This document shows, piece after piece, positions 52,240-62,065 of a DNA stretch of 64,000 bases. Source of the stretch: Bacteroidota bacterium. Its GTDB lineage: Bacteria; Bacteroidota; Bacteroidia; AKYH767-A; OLB10. The translations under genes and the position numbers were made by a program. Under the pieces are notes generated by a model. The model worked only from the letters and a program-made list of their open reading frames with translations, did no database searches and had not been told where the DNA came from. Position 1 is the stretch's first letter. Each line of letters starts with the position of its first letter. The DNA lies in NCBI GenBank assembly GCA_025352785.1, contig JANXSD010000009.1:5402-69401 (forward strand). The letters run 5' to 3'.

Positions 52240-53565
52240 ATGCTTAGCTCCCTACTCTTCTTACTTTTATTTGGTATTGCTGTATATTTCTTTACCAAAA
52301 AAATTAAGGAGGTGAATAGAAATATTAACCTTGGTCGTGATGTCGATTTAAACGATTACCAATCAAAGCGTTGGAAAACGATGGCGATGGTTGCCTTAGG
52401 ACAATCTAAAATGGGTACGCGTCCAGTTGCCGCTTTTTTTCATGTTTTAATTTATGTAGGATTTATCATCATCAATATTGAAGTACTCGAAATAATTATT
52501 GATGGAATTTTAGGAACACATCGCATTTTATCTTTTATGGGAAGCTTCTATAATTTCCTTATCGGAAGTTTTGAAATTCTTGCTGTCGGAGTATTGGCTG
52601 CTTGTTTTGTATTTCTTTCGCGAAGAAACATAGTGAAATTGAAAAGATTTTGGATGCGTGAGATGACTTCTTGGCCACGCTCCGATGCTAATATTATTTT
52701 AGTGGTAGAAATACTTTTGATGTCTGCTTTTTTAATTATGAATGCAACTGATCATCAATTGCAATTAAACGGTTCACAGCATTATTCTAATGCAAATGGA
52801 ATTATTGGTTCATTCCCTATTAGTAGTTTTCTACTTCCATTCATTTCAGGAATATCAACTGATGGTTTAATACTATTGGAAAGATCTTGTTGGTGGTTTC
52901 ATATCATTGGAATTCTTGCCTTTTTAAATTATGTTCCTTATTCAAAACATTTTCATATTCTGCTAGCGTTTCCTAATACATATTATAGCAATTTGAAACC
53001 AAAAGGAGAATTCACCAACATGCAAAGTGTTACGAATGAAGTTAAATTAATGCTAGATCCTTCATCGGTGCCTCCTCCTATTGAACCGAATGCGTCTCCT
53101 CGACGTTTTGGTGCAAAAGATGTTCAAGATCTTACTTGGAAACAACTGATGGACTCGTATTCATGTACTGAATGTGGAAGGTGTACTTCTGTTTGTCCAG
53201 CAAATATTACAGGAAAACTTTTATCGCCTCGCAAAATAATGATGGACACGCGTGATAGATTAGAAGAAGTTGGAAAAAATATTGATAAGAATGGAGCATC
53301 CAATGATGATGGTAAAACTTTATTGAATGATTATATAACTCCAGAAGAATTATGGGCGTGTACTAGTTGCAATGCATGTGTCCAAGCTTGTCCAGTAAAT
53401 ATCGATCCTTTATCAATCATTATCGATATGCGTCGTTATTTGGTGATGGAACAAAGTTCTGCTCCCGCAGAACTCAATGGTATGTTTACGAAAATTGAAA
53501 ATAATGGTGCCCCGTGGCAATTCTCTCCAGCTGATAGATTGAATTGGGCTAAAGAAGAAAATTAA
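52240..53565 (+). CDS. Membrane-anchored (Fe-S)-binding protein with two 4Fe-4S ferredoxin-type motifs (HdrC/GlpC-like N-terminal partner)
   Basis: At least 5 TM helices, then CTECGRCTSVCP and CTSCNACVQACP. Confidence 0.55.
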   Translation: MLSSLLFLLLFGIAVYFFTKKIKEVNRNINLGRDVDLNDYQSKRWKTMAMVALGQSKMGTRPVAAFFHVLIYVGFIIINIEVLEIIIDGILGTHRILSFMGSFYNFLIGSFEILAVGVLAACFVFLSRRNIVKLKRFWMREMTSWPRSDANIILVVEILLMSAFLIMNATDHQLQLNGSQHYSNANGIIGSFPISSFLLPFISGISTDGLILLERSCWWFHIIGILAFLNYVPYSKHFHILLAFPNTYYSNLKPKGEFTNMQSVTNEVKLMLDPSSVPPPIEPNASPRRFGAKDVQDLTWKQLMDSYSCTECGRCTSVCPANITGKLLSPRKIMMDTRDRLEEVGKNIDKNGASNDDGKTLLNDYITPEELWACTSCNACVQACPVNIDPLSIIIDMRRYLVMEQSSAPAELNGMFTKIENNGAPWQFSPADRLNWAKEEN

Positions 53566-53614
53566 CATGGCTGCATATTGGCAATTTATCAAATTAGAAT
53601 ATTAAAGAAATTAA

Positions 53615-54403
53615 ATGGCAGATTTTAAAATTCATACGATGGCAGAAATGGCTGCTGCAGGTGAACATCCAGACGTATTGTTTTGGGTAGGATGTGCAGG
53701 TAGCTTCGACGACCGTTCAAAAAAGGTGACGAAAGCCGTTGCTAAAATATTATTTCATACGGGAGTTAAATTTGCAGTACTTGGCACCGAAGAAAGTTGT
53801 ACTGGTGATCCAGCAAAGCGTTCAGGAAATGAATTTCTATTTCAAATGCAAGCAATGAATAATATTGCTATTTTGAATGGTTATAACATTACAAAAATTG
53901 TAACTGCTTGTCCACATTGTTTTAATACAATTAAAAACGAATACCCGGAATTAGGCGGACACTATGAAGTAATTCATCATTCACAATTATTACAAAGTTT
54001 AATTGATAGTGGAAAATTAAAGGTTGAAGGCGGTGATTATAAAGGCAAAAAAATCACATTTCATGATCCATGTTATTTAGGAAGAGGAAATCAAGAATAT
54101 GAAGCACCCCGATCAGTAATCCAAAAATTAGATATTGAATTGAATGAAATGAAACGTAGTCGTGCAAACGGATTATGTTGTGGTGCAGGCGGAGGACAAA
54201 TGTTTAAAGAGCCAGAAAAAGGTAATAAGGATATTAATATTGAAAGAACGGAGGAAGCATTATCGTTGAATCCTGATGTGATTGCAGTGGGTTGTCCTTT
54301 TTGCATGACTATGATGACCGATGGAGTAAAAAATTTCAATAAGGAATCTAGTGTTAAAGTGAAAGACATTGCAGAAATGATAGCTGAAGCAATCGATTTT
54401 TAA
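53615..54403 (+). CDS. (Fe-S)-binding protein with two cysteine-rich CCG domains (HdrD/GlpC/LutA-like)
   Basis: Two CCG-type motifs, GCAGSF...CTGDP...CPHCF and DPCYLGR...CCGAGGG...CPFC. Confidence 0.6.
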   Translation: MADFKIHTMAEMAAAGEHPDVLFWVGCAGSFDDRSKKVTKAVAKILFHTGVKFAVLGTEESCTGDPAKRSGNEFLFQMQAMNNIAILNGYNITKIVTACPHCFNTIKNEYPELGGHYEVIHHSQLLQSLIDSGKLKVEGGDYKGKKITFHDPCYLGRGNQEYEAPRSVIQKLDIELNEMKRSRANGLCCGAGGGQMFKEPEKGNKDINIERTEEALSLNPDVIAVGCPFCMTMMTDGVKNFNKESSVKVKDIAEMIAEAIDF

Positions 54404-54439
54404 AGAAACTATTCAATAAAATTATTAAATTAAATATTA

Positions 54440-55210
54440 ATGTTTAAAAAGAACCGGTATAAAGATTTTCTTAAGGAAACTGGAGAAATTTCAGCCTTTG
54501 CCGGAAGGTTTTTTAAGGAAGGTTTTAAACCTAGATATGAATTTGCCGAACTCATTAGGCAATGTTTTATCATCGGATATCAATCGTTGCCATTAGTATG
54601 TGTAACAGCATTCATTATGGGATTAGTTTTAACAGTTCAATCGCGTCCTACACTTGAAGAATTTGGCGCTGAATCCTATTTGCCAGCGATGGTGGCAATA
54701 TCTGTTATTCGTGAGATTGGTCCTGTTATTACTGCCTTAATATGTGCAGGTAAAATCGGATCTAGTATAGGTGCTGAATTAGGATCTATGCGCGTTACTG
54801 AACAAATAGATGCGATGGAAGTGTCAGGAACAAATCCATTTAAATACTTAGTAGTAACAAGAATTTTAGCATGTACACTGATGCTCCCGCTGCTTGTAAT
54901 AGTTGGTGATACCATATCATTATACGCTTCATATATTGGAGTCAATTTAAAAGGAGTTGTTAGTTGGCATTTGTATTACACACAAGTTTTCGACACTATT
55001 GATTTCAGTGATTTAATACCCGCATTTATTAAATCCTATTTTTTTGGTTTTGTAATTGGGCTTATCGGATGCTATAAAGGATATAACTCAAAAAAAGGAA
55101 CGGAAGGTGTTGGACTCGCTGCAAATTCAGCAGTAGTTGTTTCATCATTATTAATATTTATCCTCGATTTAATTGCAGTACAAATTGCTGATTTAATGGG
55201 CCTCACTTGA
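54440..55210 (+). CDS. mlaE: MlaE-family ABC transporter permease
   Basis: Conserved MlaE region ...PVITALICAGKIGSSIGAELGSMRVTEQIDAMEVSG. Its stop overlaps the mlaF start (ATGA). Confidence 0.8.
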   Translation: MFKKNRYKDFLKETGEISAFAGRFFKEGFKPRYEFAELIRQCFIIGYQSLPLVCVTAFIMGLVLTVQSRPTLEEFGAESYLPAMVAISVIREIGPVITALICAGKIGSSIGAELGSMRVTEQIDAMEVSGTNPFKYLVVTRILACTLMLPLLVIVGDTISLYASYIGVNLKGVVSWHLYYTQVFDTIDFSDLIPAFIKSYFFGFVIGLIGCYKGYNSKKGTEGVGLAANSAVVVSSLLIFILDLIAVQIADLMGLT

Positions 55211-55986
55211 TTATGGAAAAAAATCCAAAACATCAATCTACAGAAGGAATCATTAATGATGATAAAGTAATTATTGTAAATAAACTTTATAAATCATTTG
55301 GAGATAATGATGTATTGAAAGGTTTTAATCTTGATTTAAAGAAAGGAGAGAATTTAGTTGTACTAGGGAAATCTGGATCAGGAAAATCAGTACTTATAAA
55401 ATGTATGGTAGGATTATTATATCCTGATGATGGTGAAGTTGCAGTACTAGGAAAAAACATTCCTAAATTAGATCAGGATGAATTAGATCATCTACGTGTT
55501 CGAATTGGATTCCTCTTTCAAAGTTCGGCATTGTATGATTCAATGACAGTTCGCGAAAATCTCGAATTCCCATTGCGTCGTCATTGGATAAGTAAATCGA
55601 AGGAGGAAGTAAATGAATTAGTAATGGAAGCATTAAAAAATGTAGGATTAGAAGATGCCGTTGATAAAATGCCCTCCGAATTATCTGGAGGTATGAGAAA
55701 AAGAATTGGATTAGCAAGAACATTAATTTTAAAACCTGAAATAATGTTATACGATGAGCCAACTACAGGTTTAGATCCAATAACATCACGAGAAATAAGT
55801 AAATTAATAGTAGAAATTCAACATACCTACCAAACATCTTCTATCATCATCACTCATGATATGGCATGCGCAAAAATTGTTGCGAACCGTATGATTATTT
55901 TAGTCGATGGCATCTGTTATGCCATCGGCACTTACAATGATTTAGAACAATCAAAAGATCCCAAAATTCGCCCATTCTTTGAATAA
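55207..55986 (+). CDS. mlaF: MlaF-type ABC transporter ATP-binding protein
   Basis: Walker A GKSGSGKS, ABC signature LSGGMRKR and Walker B MLYDEPT. Confidence 0.85.
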   Translation: MIMEKNPKHQSTEGIINDDKVIIVNKLYKSFGDNDVLKGFNLDLKKGENLVVLGKSGSGKSVLIKCMVGLLYPDDGEVAVLGKNIPKLDQDELDHLRVRIGFLFQSSALYDSMTVRENLEFPLRRHWISKSKEEVNELVMEALKNVGLEDAVDKMPSELSGGMRKRIGLARTLILKPEIMLYDEPTTGLDPITSREISKLIVEIQHTYQTSSIIITHDMACAKIVANRMIILVDGICYAIGTYNDLEQSKDPKIRPFFE

Positions 55987-56959
55987 TATGGAAAAGACAA
56001 AAAATTATATTAAACTAGGTTTATTTGTAACTATTGGAACTGTGCTTTTAGTACTTGCACTTTATTTAATTGGAAGCAAGAAAAATCTTTTTAGTGAAAC
56101 GATTAAAGTAAATACGTTATTTAGAAATATTGGAGGCTTATTGCCAGGAAATAATGTTCGTTTTGCAGGTATCAATGTTGGAACTATTCAAAATGTAAAA
56201 ATCGTAAATGATACAACAGTATTGGTGACAATGATTATCGAAAAAGATTCAAAGAAATTTATTCGTAAAAATTCAGTAACAGATATCGGTTCTGATGGTT
56301 TAATGGGAAATAAATTAATTAATATCAGTGCTTCTTCTTCCGAATCTTCTATCATTGAAGAAAACGATACTTTGCTTTCACTAAAATCAGTTGGCACTGA
56401 TGAAATGATGCATACCCTGAGTAATACCAACATGAATGTTTATGATATTTCTACTGACTTAAAAGCAATCATGAAACGTATCAATAACAATTCTGTATTA
56501 TGGAATTTGCTTTCAGATACTACATTAGCTAGAAAGGTTAGAACTTCTATGGAGAATGTGGAACAAACAACAAAACACGCTAGTGAATTATCAGCTAATA
56601 TGGAGGGTATATTAAAAGATATTCATGATGGAAAAGGTGCAGCTGGAAAATTAATTGGCGACAAAGCGGTTGCCGACGATTTAGCAAATTCTATTGCAAA
56701 TTTAAAAGCAGCTTCCGATACTGCTAAATTAGCATTGCATCACATGCACGAATTTATGCGTGATCTAAACATCACTCCAGGACCATTAGGTGTTCTTGCA
56801 AGAGATACGGCAATGGCCAATGACTTAAAAAGTACTATTCATAATCTTGATAGAAGTAGTTCCTTGTTACAAGAAGATCTTAAAGCAGTGCAATCAAATT
56901 TCTTATTACGAAAATATTTTAAAAATAAAATTAAAGCAGAAAAAGATTCTGTGAAATAA
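55979..56959 (+). CDS. mlaD: MlaD (MCE-domain) protein
   Basis: N-terminal TM then an MCE domain (...FAGINVGTIQNV...), followed by a long helical C-terminal extension. Confidence 0.75.
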   Translation: MNNMEKTKNYIKLGLFVTIGTVLLVLALYLIGSKKNLFSETIKVNTLFRNIGGLLPGNNVRFAGINVGTIQNVKIVNDTTVLVTMIIEKDSKKFIRKNSVTDIGSDGLMGNKLINISASSSESSIIEENDTLLSLKSVGTDEMMHTLSNTNMNVYDISTDLKAIMKRINNNSVLWNLLSDTTLARKVRTSMENVEQTTKHASELSANMEGILKDIHDGKGAAGKLIGDKAVADDLANSIANLKAASDTAKLALHHMHEFMRDLNITPGPLGVLARDTAMANDLKSTIHNLDRSSSLLQEDLKAVQSNFLLRKYFKNKIKAEKDSVK

Positions 56960-57108
56960 TAACTTGAAGTGTCTGATGATAAATTTCGACTTAAGGCAAA
57001 TAAGTGTTTTTCTCTTTGCTAGATTTGAATTTGGGATTTCACGATTTTTTTTAGAGTTTTGTCCAATATTTTTCTGTAAACAATTTTTAGTAAAAAACTT
57101 TAACCAAC

Positions 57109-57627
57109 ATGCAGCCACAACAAATTGGTTCAAAAATCTATATAATCAAAGGTGAGCGCATAATGCTCGATTATGATTTAGCAATGCTGTATGCTGTAGA
57201 AACTAAGACTGTAAATCAAGCAGTTAAGCGTAATTTAAAGCGTTTTCCTCCTGATTTCATGTTCCGCCTAACAGTTGAAGAATGGGTTGATATGCGGTCA
57301 CAAATTGTGACCGCATATCAAAGTAAAAGAAATACTAGTAGTACTCCTTATGCTTTTACCGAACAAGGAGTAGCGATGCTTAGTGGCATCCTTAAAAGCG
57401 ACAAAGCAATTAATATGAACATCGCAATTATGCGAGCTTTTGTAGAAGTTAGGAAGGTGTTATTAATCAAAAATGACTGGCAAGAGCAATTAAATGAAAT
57501 TTGCGAACGTCTTGGTGAACATGATGTTCAACTCAACCTAATTTACGAGGTTATGGAAAAACTAAGCGAAGAAAAGTCGATTCAAAAAGATCAAGAGCAA
57601 AGAACCAAAATTGGCTTTCTACATTAA
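57109..57627 (+). CDS. ORF6N-domain protein (KilA-N/antirepressor-like DNA-binding domain)
   Basis: N-terminus IYIIKGERIMLDYDLAMLYAVETKTVNQAVKRNLKRFPPDFMFRLT is the ORF6N pattern. The C-terminus is a coiled coil. Confidence 0.6.
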   Translation: MQPQQIGSKIYIIKGERIMLDYDLAMLYAVETKTVNQAVKRNLKRFPPDFMFRLTVEEWVDMRSQIVTAYQSKRNTSSTPYAFTEQGVAMLSGILKSDKAINMNIAIMRAFVEVRKVLLIKNDWQEQLNEICERLGEHDVQLNLIYEVMEKLSEEKSIQKDQEQRTKIGFLH

Positions 57628-57633
57628 ACACAA

Positions 57634-58965
57634 CTATGGTTTTTTCTGACCACGTGTTTTAGGCTTACCATATTTCAATCTTTGTGTTTGTGCTCTCGAC
57701 ATTTTAATATTCACCTTTTTATTTTTGTCTTTCTTCTCATGAAAACTTGCTCCAGCAGGATCCGTATTTAATTGTTTTATAAGCACTGCTTTCATACTAA
57801 TTTTAGGTTTCTCATCCTCAGTCAATACATCAGAAAACAGGAGATCATCAGGGCATTGAATTACAGGAATTTTTTGATTCATTAACGTTTCTATCCTTTC
57901 TAAACTTTCTTTCTCCGAATCACTAACAAAGGCTATTGCGGTTCCTGTTTTGTCAACTCGTCCGGTTCTTCCAATGCGATGAATATATGTTTCTGGTGAT
58001 TCGGGCATATCAAAATTAAATACATGTGTTACTTCCGAAATATTTATTCCTCGGGCAATAATATCTGTAGCAATAAGAATTCGAATTTCTTCCTTCTGAA
58101 AATTATTTACCGTTTCAAATCGTAAATTCTGAGATTTATTCGAATGAATTACTGCGATCTCCTCGGGAAATTTCTCATTTATAGAATTGAAAATTTGATC
58201 TGCTAATTTCTTAGTCGCCGCAAAAACCATCACTTTACTAAATACCTCTCTATCTGATAATAACAACTTTAACAAATTGATTTTCGTATTGTAATTCGGA
58301 ACTAAATACATCGATTGCTGAATCTTATCTACAGGAGTTCCTGTTGGTGCGGCTTCAATAGTTACTGGCGTATTAAAAAATTCTGATATTAATATTTCTA
58401 TTTCATCAGTAATTGTAGCCGAAAAAAGTAAGTTCTGTCTCTTTGCTGGTAAGAAACTAAAAACACGTGTTAATTGAGAACGAAAGCCAAGATCCAATAA
58501 TTCATCCATCTCATCAATTACCAATCGTTTTACAGATTTTAATTTCAAGGATCCATTCAATGTTAAATCGAGTAATCTTCCTGGTGTTGCAACTAAAATA
58601 TCAACACCATTGTAAACAAGATCCATCTGAGGTTTAATATTTACTCCTCCATAAACACCAGCTACAATAACATTAATATAAGTAGTAAGTTTTTTCACTT
58701 CCTCCACAACCTGAATTACTAATTCTCGTGTTGGTACTATGATTAATATTTGAGTGTAATGGTCATTCGAAAATTCAAGCAAACGTAAACAAGGCAAAAT
58801 ATAGGCTATCGTTTTACCTGTCCCTGTTTGTGCAATACCAATAACATCCTTACCTGACATGATCACAGAAAAAGCTTTCTCCTGAATTAATGTTGGTTGA
58901 GAATATCCAAGATCATCCAAAGCATTTTTTAAGGGCTTATTCAGATTTAAATCACTAAAATTCAT
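57634..58965 (-). CDS. DEAD-box ATP-dependent RNA helicase (DEMD variant of motif II) with basic C-terminal tail
   Basis: Motifs AQTGTGKT, PTRELV, DEMDELL, SAT and HRIGRTGR. C-terminal tail KKDKNKK...RGQKKP. Confidence 0.85.
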   Translation of the reverse strand: MNFSDLNLNKPLKNALDDLGYSQPTLIQEKAFSVIMSGKDVIGIAQTGTGKTIAYILPCLRLLEFSNDHYTQILIIVPTRELVIQVVEEVKKLTTYINVIVAGVYGGVNIKPQMDLVYNGVDILVATPGRLLDLTLNGSLKLKSVKRLVIDEMDELLDLGFRSQLTRVFSFLPAKRQNLLFSATITDEIEILISEFFNTPVTIEAAPTGTPVDKIQQSMYLVPNYNTKINLLKLLLSDREVFSKVMVFAATKKLADQIFNSINEKFPEEIAVIHSNKSQNLRFETVNNFQKEEIRILIATDIIARGINISEVTHVFNFDMPESPETYIHRIGRTGRVDKTGTAIAFVSDSEKESLERIETLMNQKIPVIQCPDDLLFSDVLTEDEKPKISMKAVLIKQLNTDPAGASFHEKKDKNKKVNIKMSRAQTQRLKYGKPKTRGQKKP

Positions 58966-58989
58966 ACTTGCATTTTAATCAATGTTATT

Positions 58990-59032
58990 AAAAAGTTGTG
59001 AAGCAGTTATCAATCAAACTACTTCACAACTT
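58990..59032 (-). terminator. Intrinsic terminator after the M16 peptidase gene (minus strand)
   Basis: agttgtgaagcagtt / aactacttcacaact hairpin with a T-run on the minus strand. Confidence 0.55.
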
Positions 59033-59043
59033 TAAACTTTTTA

Positions 59044-61959
59044 TTAATATCCGAAGATATCACTTAGTCCTAATTCTGTTACTGTACCATATTTCTGAAG
59101 TGATTTCATATCCAACTTATCATGATTTCCTAAAACTACAATATGATAATTGAGAGGTTTTATAAATTGCTCCTGAAACTTTTTAATATCTGATAATGTT
59201 AATGTTGGTATTTGCGAGTAAACTTCCTTGCGAATGTCATAATTCAATCCCAACTTTTTATTGCGATGATACATGGCCAACAAATCATCTTTTGTGATAC
59301 GCTCCGTTTGTACTTGTTGCAATGCTCCATCTTTCGCATTTTCAAATCCTTTTTCCGACATTGGAAATTCTTTAAGTAATTCCATCATACCAGCTGCAGC
59401 CTCAGGAAGTTTATCCACTTGTGATCCAATATAAGCGAAGTTATAAAAAGACTTCTCAAGAATATTCGGCGCAGAATATCGTGAACTCACCGAATACGCT
59501 AAGGCTTTACTCTCGCGTAAGGTTTGAAATATTGGTGATGACATTCCTCCACCAAAATAGCGATTGTACAAATTAATTTTCGCCAACTGTGATTTATCAT
59601 AATGCATTCCTTGAGCTAAGAAAACAACTTCAGCTTGTTTCATATCATAATTCACAACAAATACTTTCGATGTATCTGTTTTTAATTCTACAAACTTAAT
59701 TGGTGCTGGGATTGGCTTTAATGTAGCGGCCGCTTTGTGAGTTTTGTTAAGTGTATTCGTTATAGTTAAGCTATCCGCCGGACCATAATAATCAACATAA
59801 TGTTGGTATCCCGTTAATCCTTTTAATAACGATACAAGTTCTGTTGCACTTGTTGCATTCAATTCACTCTCGCTTAAGATATTTGTTTGTGCTGATTTTG
59901 CTCCGTATTTTGCATAACTCTGCATCGCACCTAAAATAATGTTCTTATTCAACTTTGCGTTTTCGCGACGTTTCATAATATCATCTTTTAAATTTGATAA
60001 TGCCGCAGTATCTGCTTTCATATTCGCTAATAAATCTTCTAGTAATAGTAACGCAGGCACAAAATTCTCATGAATACCATCCAACGATATAGACGATTCA
60101 TCTTCACTCGCACCAGCATTAAAGCTACATCCTAACTTATAAAACTCTTCTTGTAATTTTGTTGAAGTTAGTTTTGTAGTTCCTAAATATTTCAAATACT
60201 CCAAAGCAAGGCTAAGTTTTTTATTATTATTGGATCCCATCTCAAATACATAATCTAAACTAAATAAATTGTTTTCAATATTTTTAACCATGTAAACGGG
60301 AATGCTATTTTTAATTTTACTGGTCTTAATTGATTTATTGAAATCGATAAATACGGGATCAATAGATGGAGCTTTATGGTCTGCCAAATTTCTCACAAAA
60401 TCTGATTGCATTTCACGATTCATTTTCACAGGAGTTATTGCTGGTTTTACTACCTTTACAACACTCTCATCTTTTCCTGTTCGTTTGTACACTATCACGT
60501 ATCCTTCGCCATACCAAGTACGAACGAAATCTATGACTTGCTGCTTATTAATTTTAGAGATACGATCAATCTTATTTACTTCATCTTTATAATTTACACC
60601 ATCTACTTCAGTACTCAACATTGCAGAAGCTCTTGCATTATTATTTTCATAAGAAGTTGCTTGCTCCTTTTTTAAATTATTCACTACAGCACTTATCATC
60701 CAATCCGGAAAGTTCCCCAATTTAATTTCCATAATCTGTCCTAGTAATAAATCACGTACTTCTTCCAATTTCTGTCCATCGCGCGGTCGTCCAGAAATCA
60801 CATGTACGGAATAATCTTTCATGATGTTTGTTGAAGATCCAGATGTCAATACTTTTTGTGAATTATTTAAATTTAAATCCAATAATCCAGCTTGTCCGTT
60901 CGATAAAATATAATCAACAACTGTAAGCATATCCGCATCCTGACTATTTGCTCCTTTAAAACGAAATCCTAATGTTACACTTTCCGCATCAGGTCCAAGC
61001 ACTTCTTTTACGATGGGTTGTTTTAAAAATCGTTCTTCTGGAACAACAAATGTGGGAACTGGCTTCGATGGCAGCTTTCCAAATTTTTCATCAATTACAC
61101 GAATAGCATTATCTGGATCAAAATCTCCACTCAATGAAATCACCATATTATTAGGTACATAATACGTATTGAAGAAATTCTTTATCTCTATCAAGGAAGG
61201 ACTTTTCAAATGTTCTACAGTTCCAATAGTCGTTTGTGTTCCATATTGATGTTTTTCGAAAATACCACCTAATAATGCTTCATAAACTTTACGGCTATCA
61301 TTATCAAGAGCTCTATTTTTTTCTTCATAAACCGCTTCAAGCTCCGTATGAAATAAACGCATTACAGGTTTGCGAAAACGTTCAGCCTCCACGGTAAAGA
61401 AATTTTCGAATTGATTTGAAGGAACATTATTAACGTAAACAGTTTGCTCTACAGATGTAAAAGCATTCACACCAGACACACCTAACGATGCCATCATCTT
61501 ATCAAATTCGTTTGGAATAGCAAAAGTTGCAGCAACACCAGAAACAGAGTCTATTTGATGATATATCGCAACACGCTTTGAACTATCTTTTGTTTGTCCA
61601 TAAGCTTGATAAAGATTTACTATACTATCCAACAAGGGTGCTTCCTTCGAATAATCTAATGAACCATAATGATCTGTCCCTTTAAAAAGCATATGTTCTA
61701 AATAATGTGCTAGTCCAGTATGATCTGCTGGATCATTCTTACTTCCTGCCTTCACTCCTATCATGGATTGGAAGCGAGGTTCATCTTTATAAACTGATAA
61801 ATAGACCTTTAACCCATTATCTAACGTGTAAATGTGCGCTTTTAAAGGATCACCAGGGACAGTATCAAAAGGAAATATTTTGGTTTTGCTAATTTGGCTG
61901 AAGCTCAAAAGAGGCAAAAGGATTAATAATAGAAGGAATTTACGCGTGTACTGATACAT
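59044..61959 (-). CDS. Secreted M16-family zinc metallopeptidase (pitrilysin-like, four-domain)
   Basis: Signal peptide and inverted zinc motif HYLEHMLFKGT (HxxEH). At 971 aa it is consistent with tandem M16 active and inactive halves. Confidence 0.8.
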   Translation of the reverse strand: MYQYTRKFLLLLILLPLLSFSQISKTKIFPFDTVPGDPLKAHIYTLDNGLKVYLSVYKDEPRFQSMIGVKAGSKNDPADHTGLAHYLEHMLFKGTDHYGSLDYSKEAPLLDSIVNLYQAYGQTKDSSKRVAIYHQIDSVSGVAATFAIPNEFDKMMASLGVSGVNAFTSVEQTVYVNNVPSNQFENFFTVEAERFRKPVMRLFHTELEAVYEEKNRALDNDSRKVYEALLGGIFEKHQYGTQTTIGTVEHLKSPSLIEIKNFFNTYYVPNNMVISLSGDFDPDNAIRVIDEKFGKLPSKPVPTFVVPEERFLKQPIVKEVLGPDAESVTLGFRFKGANSQDADMLTVVDYILSNGQAGLLDLNLNNSQKVLTSGSSTNIMKDYSVHVISGRPRDGQKLEEVRDLLLGQIMEIKLGNFPDWMISAVVNNLKKEQATSYENNNARASAMLSTEVDGVNYKDEVNKIDRISKINKQQVIDFVRTWYGEGYVIVYKRTGKDESVVKVVKPAITPVKMNREMQSDFVRNLADHKAPSIDPVFIDFNKSIKTSKIKNSIPVYMVKNIENNLFSLDYVFEMGSNNNKKLSLALEYLKYLGTTKLTSTKLQEEFYKLGCSFNAGASEDESSISLDGIHENFVPALLLLEDLLANMKADTAALSNLKDDIMKRRENAKLNKNIILGAMQSYAKYGAKSAQTNILSESELNATSATELVSLLKGLTGYQHYVDYYGPADSLTITNTLNKTHKAAATLKPIPAPIKFVELKTDTSKVFVVNYDMKQAEVVFLAQGMHYDKSQLAKINLYNRYFGGGMSSPIFQTLRESKALAYSVSSRYSAPNILEKSFYNFAYIGSQVDKLPEAAAGMMELLKEFPMSEKGFENAKDGALQQVQTERITKDDLLAMYHRNKKLGLNYDIRKEVYSQIPTLTLSDIKKFQEQFIKPLNYHIVVLGNHDKLDMKSLQKYGTVTELGLSDIFGY

Positions 61960-62065
61960 ATATTGGTGGTTTTTTATTGATCCCTCAAAAGTATAACATA
62001 GTTTCTATCTAAATAACATTAATAAAAGTCTTGTCTTGCCTCATTTTTTTTTAGATTTTTGTAAG

